DNA of 64,000 bases from Porphyridium purpureum (lineage: Eukaryota). Position 1 is the first letter of the stretch; every line of letters begins with the position of its first letter. The DNA is taken from positions 496,001 to 560,000 of the forward strand of contig VRMN01000001.1 of assembly GCA_008690995.1 (NCBI GenBank), written 5' to 3'. The notes under the pieces were generated by a model. The model was given only the letters and a program-made list of their open reading frames with translations. It did not search any database and was not told the DNA's origin. Made by a program: the position numbers and the translations under genes. This document shows positions 22,209-34,046 of the stretch, piece after piece.

Positions 22209-23420
22209 TTATTCATTCAGCCACTGAGCGGCCTGCTTGGCGTAATAGGTAAGAATGGCATTCGCACCTGCACGTTTGAAGCACAACATGGCCTCGAGGA
22301 CCACTTCCTTTTCGTCGATCCATCCGCGCTCGGCTGCTGCTTTCATCATGGCGTACTCGCCCGACACGTGGTATACAGAAATGGGAAGACTGGTGTTATC
22401 TCGCAGCAGGCGTACAATATCGAGGTACGGCATGCCAGGCTTGACCATCAACATGTCAGCACCTTCGGCCACGTCCAGGTGAGCCTCAATCAGAGCCTCT
22501 TTCGAGTTTGCTGGATTCATCTGGTACGTCTTTTTGTTTCGCGGGGCGCGAGAGCTTTCGCGAGGCGCCGAGTCAAGCGCGTCGCGGAAGGGTCCATAAT
22601 AAGCCGATGCGTACTTTGCAGTGTAAGACACAATAGACACTTCTGTGTGTCCGTGAGCGTCCAATGCGTCGCGCAGGGCACCGACCCGACCGTCCATCAT
22701 ATCTGAAGGGGCTACGACATCCGCGCCGGCACGCGCCTGGCAAAGTGCCTGTCGGCATAGCTGCTCAATTGTTTCGTCGTTGAGAATACGGGCAAAGCCG
22801 CCGTCGCCACGCGAGTCATCGCTCACCATTCCGTCATGGCCTTGATCGGAGTATGGATCCAACGCTACGTCAGTCCATACCGCGACCTCTGGGAACTTAT
22901 CCTTGATCCTCATGATAACCTGAGGCACGAGGCCGTTTGGGTTGTAGCACTCGTCGGCTGCGTTTGTCTTGAGCTCATCTGGGATCTTCGGGAAGATGAT
23001 GACAGAGCGGATCCCGAGCTTGTATGCCTCTGCGACCTCTTTGAGCGCACTATCAACAGAGTGTCTCTCGCAGCCTGGCATCGAGCCAATCGCCTCGTTG
23101 TAGTCCTTCGTGTGGATAAACAGCGGGTAAATGAAGTTTGCCGGCGTGACGATGTTCTCCGCGCACATGTCGCGCATGCCCTGGCTCTTCCTATTCCTTC
23201 TCGTCCGCGCCCGCTGCGCCACCCACGGCCCGCCGTTCTCATTCAGCAGCAAACCGGGCACGGGCTCTCTCGCGACACGCGATTCTGACGCCGACGAAGC
23301 AGACGAAGCCGACGACGGCGCCGCGGTCATCGCACACACACGCGCGCGCACTCGCTTCTCCGCACTCACTCCATCCTTCCCCAACCGAAGCTTCTCTCCG
23401 CACAGTCCCACAAACGCCAT
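22209..23420 (-). CDS. hemB: Delta-aminolevulinic acid dehydratase (Asp-rich, plant-type), plastid-targeted
   Basis: TDVALDPYSDQGHDG, APSDMMDGRV, SYTAKYASAYYGPFRDAL, MVKPGMPYLD, YHVSGEYAM; ATG at 23420 (alternative start at 23441). Confidence 0.97.
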   Translation of the reverse strand: MAFVGLCGEKLRLGKDGVSAEKRVRARVCAMTAAPSSASSASSASESRVAREPVPGLLLNENGGPWVAQRARTRRNRKSQGMRDMCAENIVTPANFIYPLFIHTKDYNEAIGSMPGCERHSVDSALKEVAEAYKLGIRSVIIFPKIPDELKTNAADECYNPNGLVPQVIMRIKDKFPEVAVWTDVALDPYSDQGHDGMVSDDSRGDGGFARILNDETIEQLCRQALCQARAGADVVAPSDMMDGRVGALRDALDAHGHTEVSIVSYTAKYASAYYGPFRDALDSAPRESSRAPRNKKTYQMNPANSKEALIEAHLDVAEGADMLMVKPGMPYLDIVRLLRDNTSLPISVYHVSGEYAMMKAAAERGWIDEKEVVLEAMLCFKRAGANAILTYYAKQAAQWLNE

Positions 23421-23463
23421 CGTATCTCTTCCACCTCTCATCCAACCACTCCACTTATCACCT

Positions 23464-23491
23464 TCTCTCTCACTCTCTCTCTCTTCTCTCT

Positions 23492-23525
<34 letters not shown>
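23464..23525. repeat. Imperfect (CT)n/(GA)n microsatellite upstream of hemB
   Basis: Interrupted ctctct tract. Confidence 0.85.
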
Positions 23526-23527
<2 letters not shown>

Positions 23528-23857
23528 CTCGAAAACCAAAAATCTGGCCACCTTGAAAACCGCAGGCACTGTACTTTTTATGAGTAAATCTGGCCGTTTT
23601 ACTACCACCTCGCGGGGGACGCCGGCGCGAGCTCGCGCGCGGGTCGCATCCGGTCCGTCCGGCTCATCCGGTCCGCCGCGTGCGCCACAACGGCGCAAAC
23701 GGTTTCATATCAAACGGTGCTCGTTTACATAGACCGCGCGCTCGTGGGTGTTCAGTTACTGCTTGCGGGTGTTCCGTTCCTGCTTGCGCGCCGCGCTCGA
23801 GATGCTGCTGCGAGAAGAGAGAGGGAGAGAGAGAAGAAGAGTGGGAGAGAGACAATC

Positions 23858-25255
23858 ATGGCGTTTGTGGTGCCTGTCGGAGCGCACAGGGGGCTGCCTG
23901 CGTTGAGACATGGCGCGCGTGTGGGTACTGGGGCGCTGAGCGGGACGTGTGGTGCGGTGAAGTCGCCCGGCCGCACGGCGACCGCATGTGGAAGCCTCAG
24001 AATGAGTCTGAATAAGCCGGAAGGGCTGGCGGCGCCCATGAGTGACTCGAAGGCTCCGGGGAGCTTCGACGCTATTACAAGTGATGTGGAGAAGCTGTAC
24101 AATACGTACCCTTTCCCGCCAGATCCGCTCATCGATGAGGCGCCCATTGGGTACAACTGGCGCTGGCATTATCCGTCGGCGTACGGCTTTTGCACCGGCC
24201 GCATGCCGCCCGCAGATGCGAGCATTGAGATTCTGGACGCTGGATGTGGCACAGGGTGCGGTACGGAGTACTTGGTTCACTTGAATCCGAACGCGCGCGT
24301 GACCGCACTCGACTTGTCCGCGGAGGCGCTCAAAGTGGCCAAGGAGCGCATTGCGCGCTCGTGTGGCCAGCAGGCGCTCGATCGCGTAGAATTTGAGCAC
24401 CGCTCACTGTTTGAGCTCGAAAATATGGACGGCGCGTATGATCATATCAATTGCGTGGGCGTCATACACCACACGCCTGATCCGCAGCGCGCTCTGAACG
24501 CGCTTGCTTCCAAACTGAAGCCAGGTGGTATTTTACACATTTTTGTGTACGCTCTCTATGGCCGCTGGGAAATTCGGCTCATGCAGCGTGCGCTCAGGAT
24601 TTTGCAGCGCGGGAAACTGGACTTTAAAGAAGGTGTCCGTCTTGGCCGCAAAGTTTTTGCCGCGCTTCCGGAGAATAATCGTCTCCGCCAGCGTGAGCAG
24701 ACGCGATGGGCGCAGGAAAATCAGCGCGACTCTACCTTTTCCGACATGTATCTGCATCCGCAAGAGTACGACTACACCGTGCCTAGTGTGTTCGAGATGA
24801 TTGACGCAAGTGGCCTCGAGTTTGTAGGGTTCAGCAATCCTCGTAATTTTGATCTCAAACGGCTTTTGGGCAACGACGAGGAACTGATCGCGCTAGCAGA
24901 GTCGCTGCCGCTTCGTGAGAAACTCGAGCTGGTCGAACTACTTGATCCGGAATCCGTCACACATTTTGAGTTCTTCCTCGCCAAGCCGCCACTTCGCAAG
25001 TCGGACTGGTCGAGTGAGGATACGCTGCGTGCAGCGAAAGGCTTTGTGAGCCCATGCATCCATGGTTTCCCTGGCAATTTCATCTTTGATCGGGACTACT
25101 TCCCAGTGCAGCTCAAAGAAGCGCAGAAGGAGTTCATGAAGGCCATTGACACTCCGGAAGGTGGCTCGGTGGCTGCTGCGATGGATGCGAGCAAGATAAC
25201 CCAGTCGGAGCTAATGGAGTTGGTTGAACAAAGTATTGTTATGCTGCAAGAGTAA
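23858..25255 (+). CDS. Class I SAM-dependent methyltransferase, cyanobacterial-like, plastid-targeted
   Basis: LYNTYPFPPDP..GYNWRW, ILDAGCGTG, ALDLS, DHINCVGVIHHTPDP, LKPGGILHIFVYA, DMYLHPQE. Confidence 0.88.
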   Translation: MAFVVPVGAHRGLPALRHGARVGTGALSGTCGAVKSPGRTATACGSLRMSLNKPEGLAAPMSDSKAPGSFDAITSDVEKLYNTYPFPPDPLIDEAPIGYNWRWHYPSAYGFCTGRMPPADASIEILDAGCGTGCGTEYLVHLNPNARVTALDLSAEALKVAKERIARSCGQQALDRVEFEHRSLFELENMDGAYDHINCVGVIHHTPDPQRALNALASKLKPGGILHIFVYALYGRWEIRLMQRALRILQRGKLDFKEGVRLGRKVFAALPENNRLRQREQTRWAQENQRDSTFSDMYLHPQEYDYTVPSVFEMIDASGLEFVGFSNPRNFDLKRLLGNDEELIALAESLPLREKLELVELLDPESVTHFEFFLAKPPLRKSDWSSEDTLRAAKGFVSPCIHGFPGNFIFDRDYFPVQLKEAQKEFMKAIDTPEGGSVAAAMDASKITQSELMELVEQSIVMLQE

Positions 25256-25393
25256 AGATGAAGAATAAGAGGAGGGGAACTGCTATACATGCCTGCGTCG
25301 AGGCTACGACACAGCTCGCCACACAGGAAGCAATCAGTACGTCTTTGTCCGGTATCTGAAACTGTTTATACGTGAGATAGCGTCCTCACCTGA

Positions 25394-26293
25394 CTAGTCC
25401 CGCCAGCTGAGGAACTTTTCAATGTACTTGCCCGTAATGTCAACTTCAAGATTGACGAGCTCACCTTCAACCTTGCTCGGGATGATAACGTGCTCCTGCG
25501 TGTACGGTACCATCATGAAGTCAAACGTTGTGTCTGTAACATTAACAACCGTGAGACTTGTGCCATCGACGGCGATGTAGCCCTTGGGCACAACGTACTT
25601 GAGCACCGCTCGATCCGACGGACAGATGGTGAACCAAATGGCGTCCTTTTCGGTGCGTTTGGCCTGAATGATGCCCGTGCCGTCAACATGGCCTTGGACA
25701 AAGTGGCCGCCCACGCGGCCATCAGCCGCAAGACTACGCTCCAAGTTCACCTTGCTGCCGGTCTTCAGCTTGCCCAAATTAGTGCAGCGCAATGTCTCTG
25801 GTGCGAGGCCGACTTTGAAGGTCTGTGCAACTGCGTCTATGTGTGTGACCGTCAAACAAGTTCCATTCACGGCAATGCTATCGCCTAGCTGTGTTCGCTC
25901 GAGTGTAACACCAGCCTTAAGCGTCATTTCAACGCCACCCTCTTCCGAGTCCAGGTTAACGATTGCCTCCACCTGCCCAATTTCCTCTACAATACCAGTG
26001 AACATCATGCGCACCGTCGACTGCGACCGACACGTTGACGACGAAGACGAAACGTTCGGCAAGAAATTATGATACAGAAAGTGCCTCGACGCTGCTTTCT
26101 GTGCCTTCCTTCCCACGCGCGCTACGCCTCTGAATCGACTCGTTGCGCTGCCGACAAAGACGGTCGCACAAGCCTGTGTCCCGTACCGCCTGCTCTGCCG
26201 AGTTGCCGATGCGCTTAGATCAATGGGGCCTGCCGTGGGCGCCGCAACTACGAAAGCCGACTCTGGAGCAGGGGTAATGCGATCCATACCCAT
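25394..26293 (-). CDS. ribE: Riboflavin synthase (alpha chain), plastid-targeted
   Basis: MFTGIVEE, GDSIAVNGTCLTV, VNLERSL, GGHFVQGHVDG, KGYIAVDGTSLTV, VNLEVD. Confidence 0.96.
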   Translation of the reverse strand: MGMDRITPAPESAFVVAAPTAGPIDLSASATRQSRRYGTQACATVFVGSATSRFRGVARVGRKAQKAASRHFLYHNFLPNVSSSSSTCRSQSTVRMMFTGIVEEIGQVEAIVNLDSEEGGVEMTLKAGVTLERTQLGDSIAVNGTCLTVTHIDAVAQTFKVGLAPETLRCTNLGKLKTGSKVNLERSLAADGRVGGHFVQGHVDGTGIIQAKRTEKDAIWFTICPSDRAVLKYVVPKGYIAVDGTSLTVVNVTDTTFDFMMVPYTQEHVIIPSKVEGELVNLEVDITGKYIEKFLSWRD

Positions 26294-26460
26294 ACCAAGC
26301 CTGCGTGTGCCGTCCACGCCCAATAAAACACCAGATCACTTTGCTCCTTCCGATGCGGCAGCGCTTGGTAAGCGAGCATTCTGATTTTATGCCGAGCGAT
26401 CGAAGCGTGGGCAACGTGGTGGACGAAGCCATACCGTTTTACATGATAGGCGCGGCGGTG

Positions 26461-28905
26461 ATGCGTCGACTGGCGGCGTCGCGCATGAGCGCGTTTGTGC
26501 CGCAGCCGCTGCCGCAAGGATCTGCTTCTCCAGGCCTTCGCGCGCGGGTCGTGGAGTGGCGCGCGTGGGCGACTTTGGCGAGGATGACGAGCGCGTGCGC
26601 GGCTCACACGGGAGTGAAGGATGGGCCGATGCGATCGCTTACGTCTGCTTCTTCGACGATAAACCGCCGCAGCAGCACTGATAGCGGTGTGTCGACCGCT
26701 GGATCACGTGACGGAGCAAAGGAGGGAAAGGAAATCATGTACTTGTTGACCGATGAGGCGCCGCGTTTGGCTGCTTACGCGCTTCTGCCCGTATTCAAGG
26801 CCTTTTTGCAGCGCGCACAAGAGAAGATTGAGCTGAGTTCGCGAGATATTTCGCTTGCCGCGAGAATCCTTGCCGAGTTTCCCGAAGTCCTTACGCCGGA
26901 GCAGCGCGTGCACCATGCCATGCAGGAGCTAGCAGAACTTGTGAAGCTACCGGGCACAAATCTGATCAAGCTGCCAAACATTTCGGCGTCCATTCCGCAA
27001 CTCAACGACGCCGTGCGTGAGCTCCAGTCAAAGGGCTTCAAGCTGCCAGACTTTCCATTTGAGCCGAAAACAGATCTGGATGCCCAGGTTCTCGCAAAGT
27101 ATCAACGTGTGCTGGGTAGCGCCGTGAACCCAGTGCTGCGTGAAGGAAACAGCGATCGCAGATGCCCGCCCCAAGTTAAGGCTTACGCCCAGAAGAACCC
27201 ACACAAGCTCAAACCTTGGCAGCCAGATAGCAAATGTGAAGTTGCGCACATGAATGAAGGAGACTTTTTCCAGAATGAAAAGTCATGCGTAATCTCACGA
27301 CCTGACGCGCAGCTGCAGTACGAGTTTATTGATGCCAAGACGGGAGAAGTGTCTGTGCTGAAGAGTAATGTGAAGGTCAAACAGGGAGATGTTGTAGACG
27401 CAAGTTTCATGTCGGTCAAAGCGCTCAATGCGTTTTACGCTGCGCAGATCGCAGCCGCCAAGGCCAACGACCAGCTGCTTTCAGTTCATCTCAAATGCAC
27501 CATGATGCGCGTTTCTGATCCCGTCCTTTTTGGTCGAGCGGTCGAGGCGTACCTCGATCCGGTGTTCCGTAAGCATGGAAGCGAAACGTTTACCAAGCTC
27601 GGTATCGACAGCAAATATGGCTTGGCCCACATCCTTGAGAAAGTGAGCGCCATACCGGATCCCGCGTTGAGGGACAGTATCCAGCAGGATATCAAAAGCG
27701 CAATGAGTGAGGGTGCATCGCTTGCCATGGTGGACTCGGACGCAGGAATCTCCAACTTGCACGCGCCAAGCTTGGTCATCATCGACGCTAGCATGCCTGT
27801 GGTGATCCGCGATGGAGGTATGATGTACGACTCTAGCGGCCAGCTGAAGGATACGCGCGCACTGATCCCGGACCGTTGCTACGCGACGACTTACAAGGCG
27901 GCTGTCGAGTACTGCAAGCGAAATGGCCAGTTTTCTGTGGCTAAAATGGGCTCCGTGAGTAACGTGGGTCTGATGGCACAGAAGGCCGAGGAGTATGGGT
28001 CGCATGATAAAACTTTTATCTTGCCCAGCGCCGGCGTTGTGCGCGTGAGCGACGGCGGGAACGTGCTCATGGAACACAATGTGGACGCTGGTGACGTTTA
28101 TCGCTCGTGCATTACGTCCAAGCAGGCGGTCGACACATGGATTGAGCTTGCGGTGGAGCGGCTGAACGCCACGGGTGAGCCGGCTGTATTCTGGCTGGAT
28201 GCAGACCGTGCGCACGACGCGAATCTCATCATGATGGTTGAGAGTGCCTTGAAGAAAGAGAGTCTGGAGAACGGTTCGATTTACATCTTGCCTCCAGAAG
28301 AGGCCATGCTGTTCACCCTGGAGCGCGTCAAAATGGGGCTTAATACCATCTCGGTCACGGGGAACGTGCTTCGAGATTACTTGACCGATCTGTTTCCCAT
28401 TTTGGAGGTTGGCACCTCGGCCAAGATGCTTAGCATTGTACCTCTGCTTGCGCGCGGCCGCGTGTTTGAAACGGGCGCCGGTGGGTCTGCCCCAAAACAC
28501 GTCCAGCAGCTCGTCAAAGAAAATCACCTCCGCTGGGATTCGCTCGGCGAGTATATGGCGTTTGCTGCGTCGCTTGAGTTTGCCGGCGCTAAGGAGCTCA
28601 GCGCGAGCTTGTTAGACGCTGTCGCAGATGTGCTCGAGCATCGCAAGTCGCCTGGGCGCAAGGTTGCAGAGATTGACAATCGCGCCACGGCGTTCTACCT
28701 CGCAATGTACTGGGCCAGGCGGCTCGCGTCGACCAACCCATCCTTCGCAGAGCTCGCGCAGTCCTTGGAGCAGAACGAGAAAAGGATTCTCGAGGAAATC
28801 GCTGCGGTTAAGGGCAAGCCTGCGGATTTGGACGGATATTTTCTCACGGGTGCAAAAGCGGAAGAAGTGATGAGGCCCTCCCAGACTTTCAATACTCTCC
28901 TTTAA
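26461..28905 (+). CDS. icd: Monomeric NADP-dependent isocitrate dehydrogenase (bacterial type) with N-terminal targeting extension
   Basis: [95 protein letters not shown]; start uncertain (26443, 26461 or 26485). Confidence 0.95.
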   Translation: MRRLAASRMSAFVPQPLPQGSASPGLRARVVEWRAWATLARMTSACAAHTGVKDGPMRSLTSASSTINRRSSTDSGVSTAGSRDGAKEGKEIMYLLTDEAPRLAAYALLPVFKAFLQRAQEKIELSSRDISLAARILAEFPEVLTPEQRVHHAMQELAELVKLPGTNLIKLPNISASIPQLNDAVRELQSKGFKLPDFPFEPKTDLDAQVLAKYQRVLGSAVNPVLREGNSDRRCPPQVKAYAQKNPHKLKPWQPDSKCEVAHMNEGDFFQNEKSCVISRPDAQLQYEFIDAKTGEVSVLKSNVKVKQGDVVDASFMSVKALNAFYAAQIAAAKANDQLLSVHLKCTMMRVSDPVLFGRAVEAYLDPVFRKHGSETFTKLGIDSKYGLAHILEKVSAIPDPALRDSIQQDIKSAMSEGASLAMVDSDAGISNLHAPSLVIIDASMPVVIRDGGMMYDSSGQLKDTRALIPDRCYATTYKAAVEYCKRNGQFSVAKMGSVSNVGLMAQKAEEYGSHDKTFILPSAGVVRVSDGGNVLMEHNVDAGDVYRSCITSKQAVDTWIELAVERLNATGEPAVFWLDADRAHDANLIMMVESALKKESLENGSIYILPPEEAMLFTLERVKMGLNTISVTGNVLRDYLTDLFPILEVGTSAKMLSIVPLLARGRVFETGAGGSAPKHVQQLVKENHLRWDSLGEYMAFAASLEFAGAKELSASLLDAVADVLEHRKSPGRKVAEIDNRATAFYLAMYWARRLASTNPSFAELAQSLEQNEKRILEEIAAVKGKPADLDGYFLTGAKAEEVMRPSQTFNTLL

Positions 28906-29849
28906 CCGCTGTGCGATTTGGGGATGCGGCGTGTATGCTATCTCGAGGCGCACGTCGATGTGTAGCATGGCGCGGTAGGATGCGCAGCGCAATGCCAAAC
29001 TCCTTCTCATATTCAGTGCGGTGGTTGCACGTGATGTTACTAGCGATGTGGTTGAACAATACGTATGCGGCCGTCACCTTCGTGTTGCCAAAGGACTTTG
29101 GCAGACTCTTGGCGGACCCACGCGGTACGGCGTCCTCATGTTTTCGGACGGAATCCCCACATCTAATTTTTTTTCTTTCTCTTGGCTGACACTTTGACTC
29201 TGCTCTGTGCTGCTCAAAAGATTGCTTTCTCGTTCTTTTGGATCGAAATGTGTTCCTCCTTGCCCGTTGTCGCGTTTGATAGGCGACGACAGTATTGAAA
29301 AAGAATCCTTTGACATGTTCAGCGAAAGGTTGCAGCCCGATCCTGGTCCCTTTGCAGACGAACGCACGCCACATGACCCGTCGGCAAAACCTTGAAGGTC
29401 TCGCACCGTTTCCTGAGGCCTGAAAACCGCTCTTCGTTCCGGGCCGGTCCTGCTCTGCATCATTCGACGTCCGTTCGAGATGTGTCTTCCGCGCATCATC
29501 AATACGGCGCTTCGCCGGGTCAGCTCATTCCTCTGCACTTCATAACCTGGCGATCAGACTCGACCTCTCATGTCAGCTCTCAGCAGCATCTGCTGGTGGA
29601 CAAACAAAAGTGCAACAATCTGCTCAGTCAACTAGAAACATGCCATTCTGCAGTCCGCGGGCGCCCACTTGGGGCACAACTCAAAGGGAGAAGAGTCATG
29701 TCACGCGCTACTGCTCATCGCTGACACATTCCTCCAAGCCATGGTCCTCCTGTTCACTGTTCGTGCGAAGCAGTCCGAACACGAGACTGCGAGTGGATGG
29801 CATTTTGCATCGCAGGGCAAAAACATTGCGGCAAAAGGCAGAGCTGCGC

Positions 29850-31094
29850 ATGGCCGGCGCGGCGGTGTTGTTGTGCGTGACCGGCGTCGTATTGGAAACT
29901 TTAGCAACAGACTCGGAGTCCTCGAAAAAGCTGTTGGTTGGGTGTGCAAATGCGAAAGAGGTGGTTGCATTGCTGACGCGAGCCGGCGCACTTCACAGCA
30001 GAATCCTCGAAGTCAATGGGATAGATGCTAAAGTCGACAATACGACGATACTGCTTGACAGTGACACCGCGCCCTCGCATTTGGCGTTGAGCGTGAGCGC
30101 CGAGCCCGACATCTTGACGAACGTGTTTAGTCAAGGCGCCGTGGTGGCTTTGATCGTGAAAAATGCGAGCCCGGCCAAAGGTCAGTGGCGCTTTAAGGAG
30201 CCCGTCGTCGTTGACGGGCGGGGCCTAGAGCCTTCGTTGCTGCCTGATATTCCACAGACCATAGAATATGCGCTGTGTTGTGCGCAGAAGGCGAGTCGGC
30301 AATGCTTGGAACAAGAACGTGGACCCGCGTTGCGCTTCGCCGTGGAGCTTCCGAGCGGCCGGTTTCGTGAGAATACCGCTGGCGGAATAGGTATGGTGCG
30401 GAATCACAGGGTTTGGATGGCTCAGTCCTCGATACTGGCGAGAAAGTATGCCGAGATGTTCAGAGGCGTGCGCATACGGCTTGTTCTTGGCGCACCGCCG
30501 GAGCTAGAGCAGAAATTGGTCTGGCTCGATCAGCAACTCTTGCCAGACGTGGTCCGAGACGAGCATTGGCACACGAGCGCGAGTGACTATGATGTGCTGA
30601 TTATTTCCTCGGTGAGCGGCTCGCAGAAATCAGATGTTGAGCGTGTGGTAGGAGCAACCCACCAGAACGTCTGTGTTGTTCTCTTTAATTGCTTCCTTGA
30701 TTTGCCCTTGCAAGATCATTTTGGGAGCTTTCCTTACGCGTACTGCTTCCGCTTTTACGAAAACGTAGGCGCGACGTCAAAAGAAACACCAGATGAAGAT
30801 GCGTGGAACACGTTTGTAGAAGTCAGCCCGTTTGAGCTCGAGTATGTACGCACAGTACATTCGCGCAACAGCTGGTGGCCATCAAGAGCGAGCCTTGAGC
30901 GCGAGTTTGTCGACGCAGGCCTTCGTCGATTCAGTCGTGGCACTGGCTATTTCACTCGGCCAGAGGGTTACCGCAGCGCAGGATTTTGGCCCTTCATGTC
31001 ACCGGCAATGCCGTTTTGCTGGCCGGTTACCGAGAAGGAGATCCATCTCCTGCGCCGGTCTCGCAAGCGCTCGCTACTAGGCTTTGAGTTTTGA
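29850..31094 (+). CDS. Hypothetical protein, possibly DUF1995-like
   Basis: Frame open from 29610; first ATG at 29850; RFAVELP and VVLFN segments are reminiscent of DUF1995. The 5' end is uncertain. Confidence 0.6.
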   Translation: MAGAAVLLCVTGVVLETLATDSESSKKLLVGCANAKEVVALLTRAGALHSRILEVNGIDAKVDNTTILLDSDTAPSHLALSVSAEPDILTNVFSQGAVVALIVKNASPAKGQWRFKEPVVVDGRGLEPSLLPDIPQTIEYALCCAQKASRQCLEQERGPALRFAVELPSGRFRENTAGGIGMVRNHRVWMAQSSILARKYAEMFRGVRIRLVLGAPPELEQKLVWLDQQLLPDVVRDEHWHTSASDYDVLIISSVSGSQKSDVERVVGATHQNVCVVLFNCFLDLPLQDHFGSFPYAYCFRFYENVGATSKETPDEDAWNTFVEVSPFELEYVRTVHSRNSWWPSRASLEREFVDAGLRRFSRGTGYFTRPEGYRSAGFWPFMSPAMPFCWPVTEKEIHLLRRSRKRSLLGFEF

Positions 31095-31206
31095 TCAAAT
31101 CAGCTCATTTATTATGATTCTGCGACGCGGGCCTGTCTTGAACGCGATTTTGAATTGCACGCGCAACGATTGGAGCCCGCTGAAGGAGACAGAGAGAGCA
31201 CAAAAC

Positions 31207-32979
31207 CTACGTTTCGACGGGACAGAAGAGAGTTTCATCGAATGCGATGCGGTCATGGAGCAATTCTTTGAGCCCATGACCATCCTGGAAAAAGGCTCGC
31301 TTCAAATCGTTCCCTGAATCACTCAGAAAGTCAGACGCAAGGTGCAAGAAGAGGTTCTTGACGTGCTTCTGGAAGAAGCCGCTAGACATGGGATTCAGAT
31401 CCTTACTCAAGGCCTCCTTTCTTTGCTGCCCTTCTGTATCCATACCCCCGCTCGGAGTCTGGAGGTCAAGTTTCCTGAGATTGTGCACATGAAATGGAGT
31501 ATGTCCGCCGTCAAATAATTCGCCACGATGGGCATATTTGCGCCTCCCGTCAGACCCTGGCCTGCATGCATATGAACTCCGCAAATCCAAATCTGCGGGT
31601 AGTTCAAAGATGCCCTTGTGCCATGATTTTGCGACACCGGCGACGAAGTCAGGATTCAAGTAGGTGAATGTTAGGTTTTCGCGATTCATCGACACGTCTT
31701 CGTTGGCAAAGTTAAGAGCGCTACGGCCCTGAGCTAGCGTATTCCACGACACGTCACGCCGCGGAATGCTCAAAATTTCATCCAGATCGTTGTGCAGGAT
31801 CCAGTCCGGATGGTTCTGCATGCTGCGGAACCAACATTCCATCATGGCGAAGCGCTGGTAATGATAGAACGACTTTGGCATGGACGGGTCAATATAAATT
31901 GGGAAGAACTTGCCGGCAAGCTCGGGACGCGCTGCAACTCTCTGTGCCACGGCCGCAGCCTCTTGAGAGGATGCATACAAGTAGACATGCGACATCTTGT
32001 GCGTGTGCACGTAAAACTCCACATAATGATACAAATACCTTTCCAGCACCGTCATGAATTTTGCCTCTGCATCCTCACCACTCTCGCTCAAGACACGCAT
32101 GTAATTTACCCGGCCAGTCCATTCATCTGAGCGGTTCCACGGGACGTTTGTCGGATTCAAGTAGAAAGTTGAAATGCACTGCGCGCGCCCCTTTGGCCGG
32201 TAGGGCTCTACTCGCAGCGAAACACGCTCCTCATGATCTTGAAAACGTATCGTAGTCTCTGTTACCGGCCCGAGACTTCTTATTTCGGTCGTATTGAAGA
32301 TGCAGATCGCACCCATTGACGAATACTCATAATTCGCCGTGATCCCTGCGTCAATAAACATAGCATCCATCGAGGCGATACGGAATTCCGGTCCGATCTG
32401 ACACGACAGACGCTTCTTGTCGACCTGCTTCGCCCATGATTCGTGACGATACATGAGAATTCCAAACGCAGAACGATCGCGCTCCATTTTCAGTGGTATA
32501 GGATACGCCTTGCTCCACAAACCCGGCTTGTGAGGAGCGATGGTTTCCAGCAGCAGCGGCGTTTGCGCCGACGCCGGCACAGCAGCTGGAGCCTGCGTTG
32601 GTGCTGTGGGTGCCTGTGTGGCTTCTCCCACGAGTAAGGATTCCGCAATCTCTTCAGCTGCATCTGAAATGGGGGCCGTCAGATTTTCCCTGCTTATGTG
32701 CGAAGTGGCCGTGCCCGTCACCATCTTGCCCAGATACACCGACCAAGGCCCCTCAAGGAACTTGTGCTGCAAGTTTTGCGAGCGCTTCTTGAGCTCGTCA
32801 TCTTGAAAAACGGTGACCGAGATCACGATCCCAAGCAAGGCGAACACCATGAGCACGAGGATCAGCACCCATGCCGTCCGACCACTGCCCGCACCAATCA
32901 TCGCTAAGCCCTTTGCGAAAGCCGACGGCGCGACAGGTGCGCGAGTCTTGGCACGGAACCGGTGCTGTTGTCTTAACAT
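31207..32979 (-). CDS. Type II membrane glycosyltransferase-like protein (GT92/GT-A-like)
   Basis: N-terminal TM (WVLILVLMVFALLGIVISVTVF), Ala/Pro stem, SHVYLY, QRFAMMEC and DWILHNDLDEIL (DxD). Confidence 0.65.
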   Translation of the reverse strand: MLRQQHRFRAKTRAPVAPSAFAKGLAMIGAGSGRTAWVLILVLMVFALLGIVISVTVFQDDELKKRSQNLQHKFLEGPWSVYLGKMVTGTATSHISRENLTAPISDAAEEIAESLLVGEATQAPTAPTQAPAAVPASAQTPLLLETIAPHKPGLWSKAYPIPLKMERDRSAFGILMYRHESWAKQVDKKRLSCQIGPEFRIASMDAMFIDAGITANYEYSSMGAICIFNTTEIRSLGPVTETTIRFQDHEERVSLRVEPYRPKGRAQCISTFYLNPTNVPWNRSDEWTGRVNYMRVLSESGEDAEAKFMTVLERYLYHYVEFYVHTHKMSHVYLYASSQEAAAVAQRVAARPELAGKFFPIYIDPSMPKSFYHYQRFAMMECWFRSMQNHPDWILHNDLDEILSIPRRDVSWNTLAQGRSALNFANEDVSMNRENLTFTYLNPDFVAGVAKSWHKGIFELPADLDLRSSYACRPGSDGRRKYAHRGELFDGGHTPFHVHNLRKLDLQTPSGGMDTEGQQRKEALSKDLNPMSSGFFQKHVKNLFLHLASDFLSDSGNDLKRAFFQDGHGLKELLHDRIAFDETLFCPVET

Positions 32980-34046
32980 GGCTACGCTGTGCGATGCGTC
33001 TTATGCCCACCGCGCTCATCCATGCATTTTCCCCCTTTTCTCATATGTTTCTGCGCGGCGTGTCTCGATTTACATATGGAGCTATCGCGTTTTCTCGTTT
33101 CGCGCTCATCTTCTGATCAGACAGGCTGCATTTGAAGAATGTAGCTCAGCGCGCGCGCACGGATTTAGTCATATTAATAACGGCGCGTCGGAGACACGCA
33201 GCTGACGGAGTTGGAGCACACCTTATTGGTGTTCTGTGAGGACTCGGGATTACACACTTTTGTGTTTTTTTTTTTGGGATTGAGGCGGCAGACTGCTCAT
33301 CTGGGGATTGCGGGAGCTATCGGTGGACGTCGGTGTGCGCGGGAAACACATCCGCGCATCGGCGCGTGGACGCGACGTCACGCGACCACACGCAGCGCAT
33401 CTTGTTTCCGGCTCGCCCCACCACCCAGGGACACGCTGGATTTGATTGGAAATCGAACCCCCCGGTGATTTCGACACAATGTTCGCTTGTTAGAGCCTTT
33501 CTGCAAGAGGCCATTCTGGATTCGATGGTGAAACAGACTCAGACGTGGGCGGCGGGGCGAAATACCGTGAAGTATACGATGCTTTGCCGTCCTGGGACCA
33601 GGAAGCATTACCTTTGAGGGAAAAGAATGAACAGGCACTCGACCATCGCCACGGCGCACTCGTTCTTGCTTCCAACATCACATTGAAAATGGTGTGTTTT
33701 CGCAGAATGTAGGAAATCGGCAATCCTATGACCCTGACAATGGACGCCAGCTGGTCGCGCTGGGACACCATGGGACTCAAGTATCCTCGATGTCCTGCGA
33801 TTCGTCTCGCAGCGGGTGCTGCAAAACTGCCTGCCGCCACAAGCGAGTCCCTGAAAATCAAACTAGGCCCATACGCTGGTGTTCTGCTGTGGACTTTATG
33901 CATTTTCGCTGATCATCTGGACACTGAACGCAAGTTTAATCGATTCGTCGGTCTGTTTCCAGAGTTCACTTGAGCTCGCTTTTTGTGTCCACTTTTCCCG
34001 CTCGCCTGATTGGTTCGCGTTCCAAAGAATGAAAGTCTGAACATAT

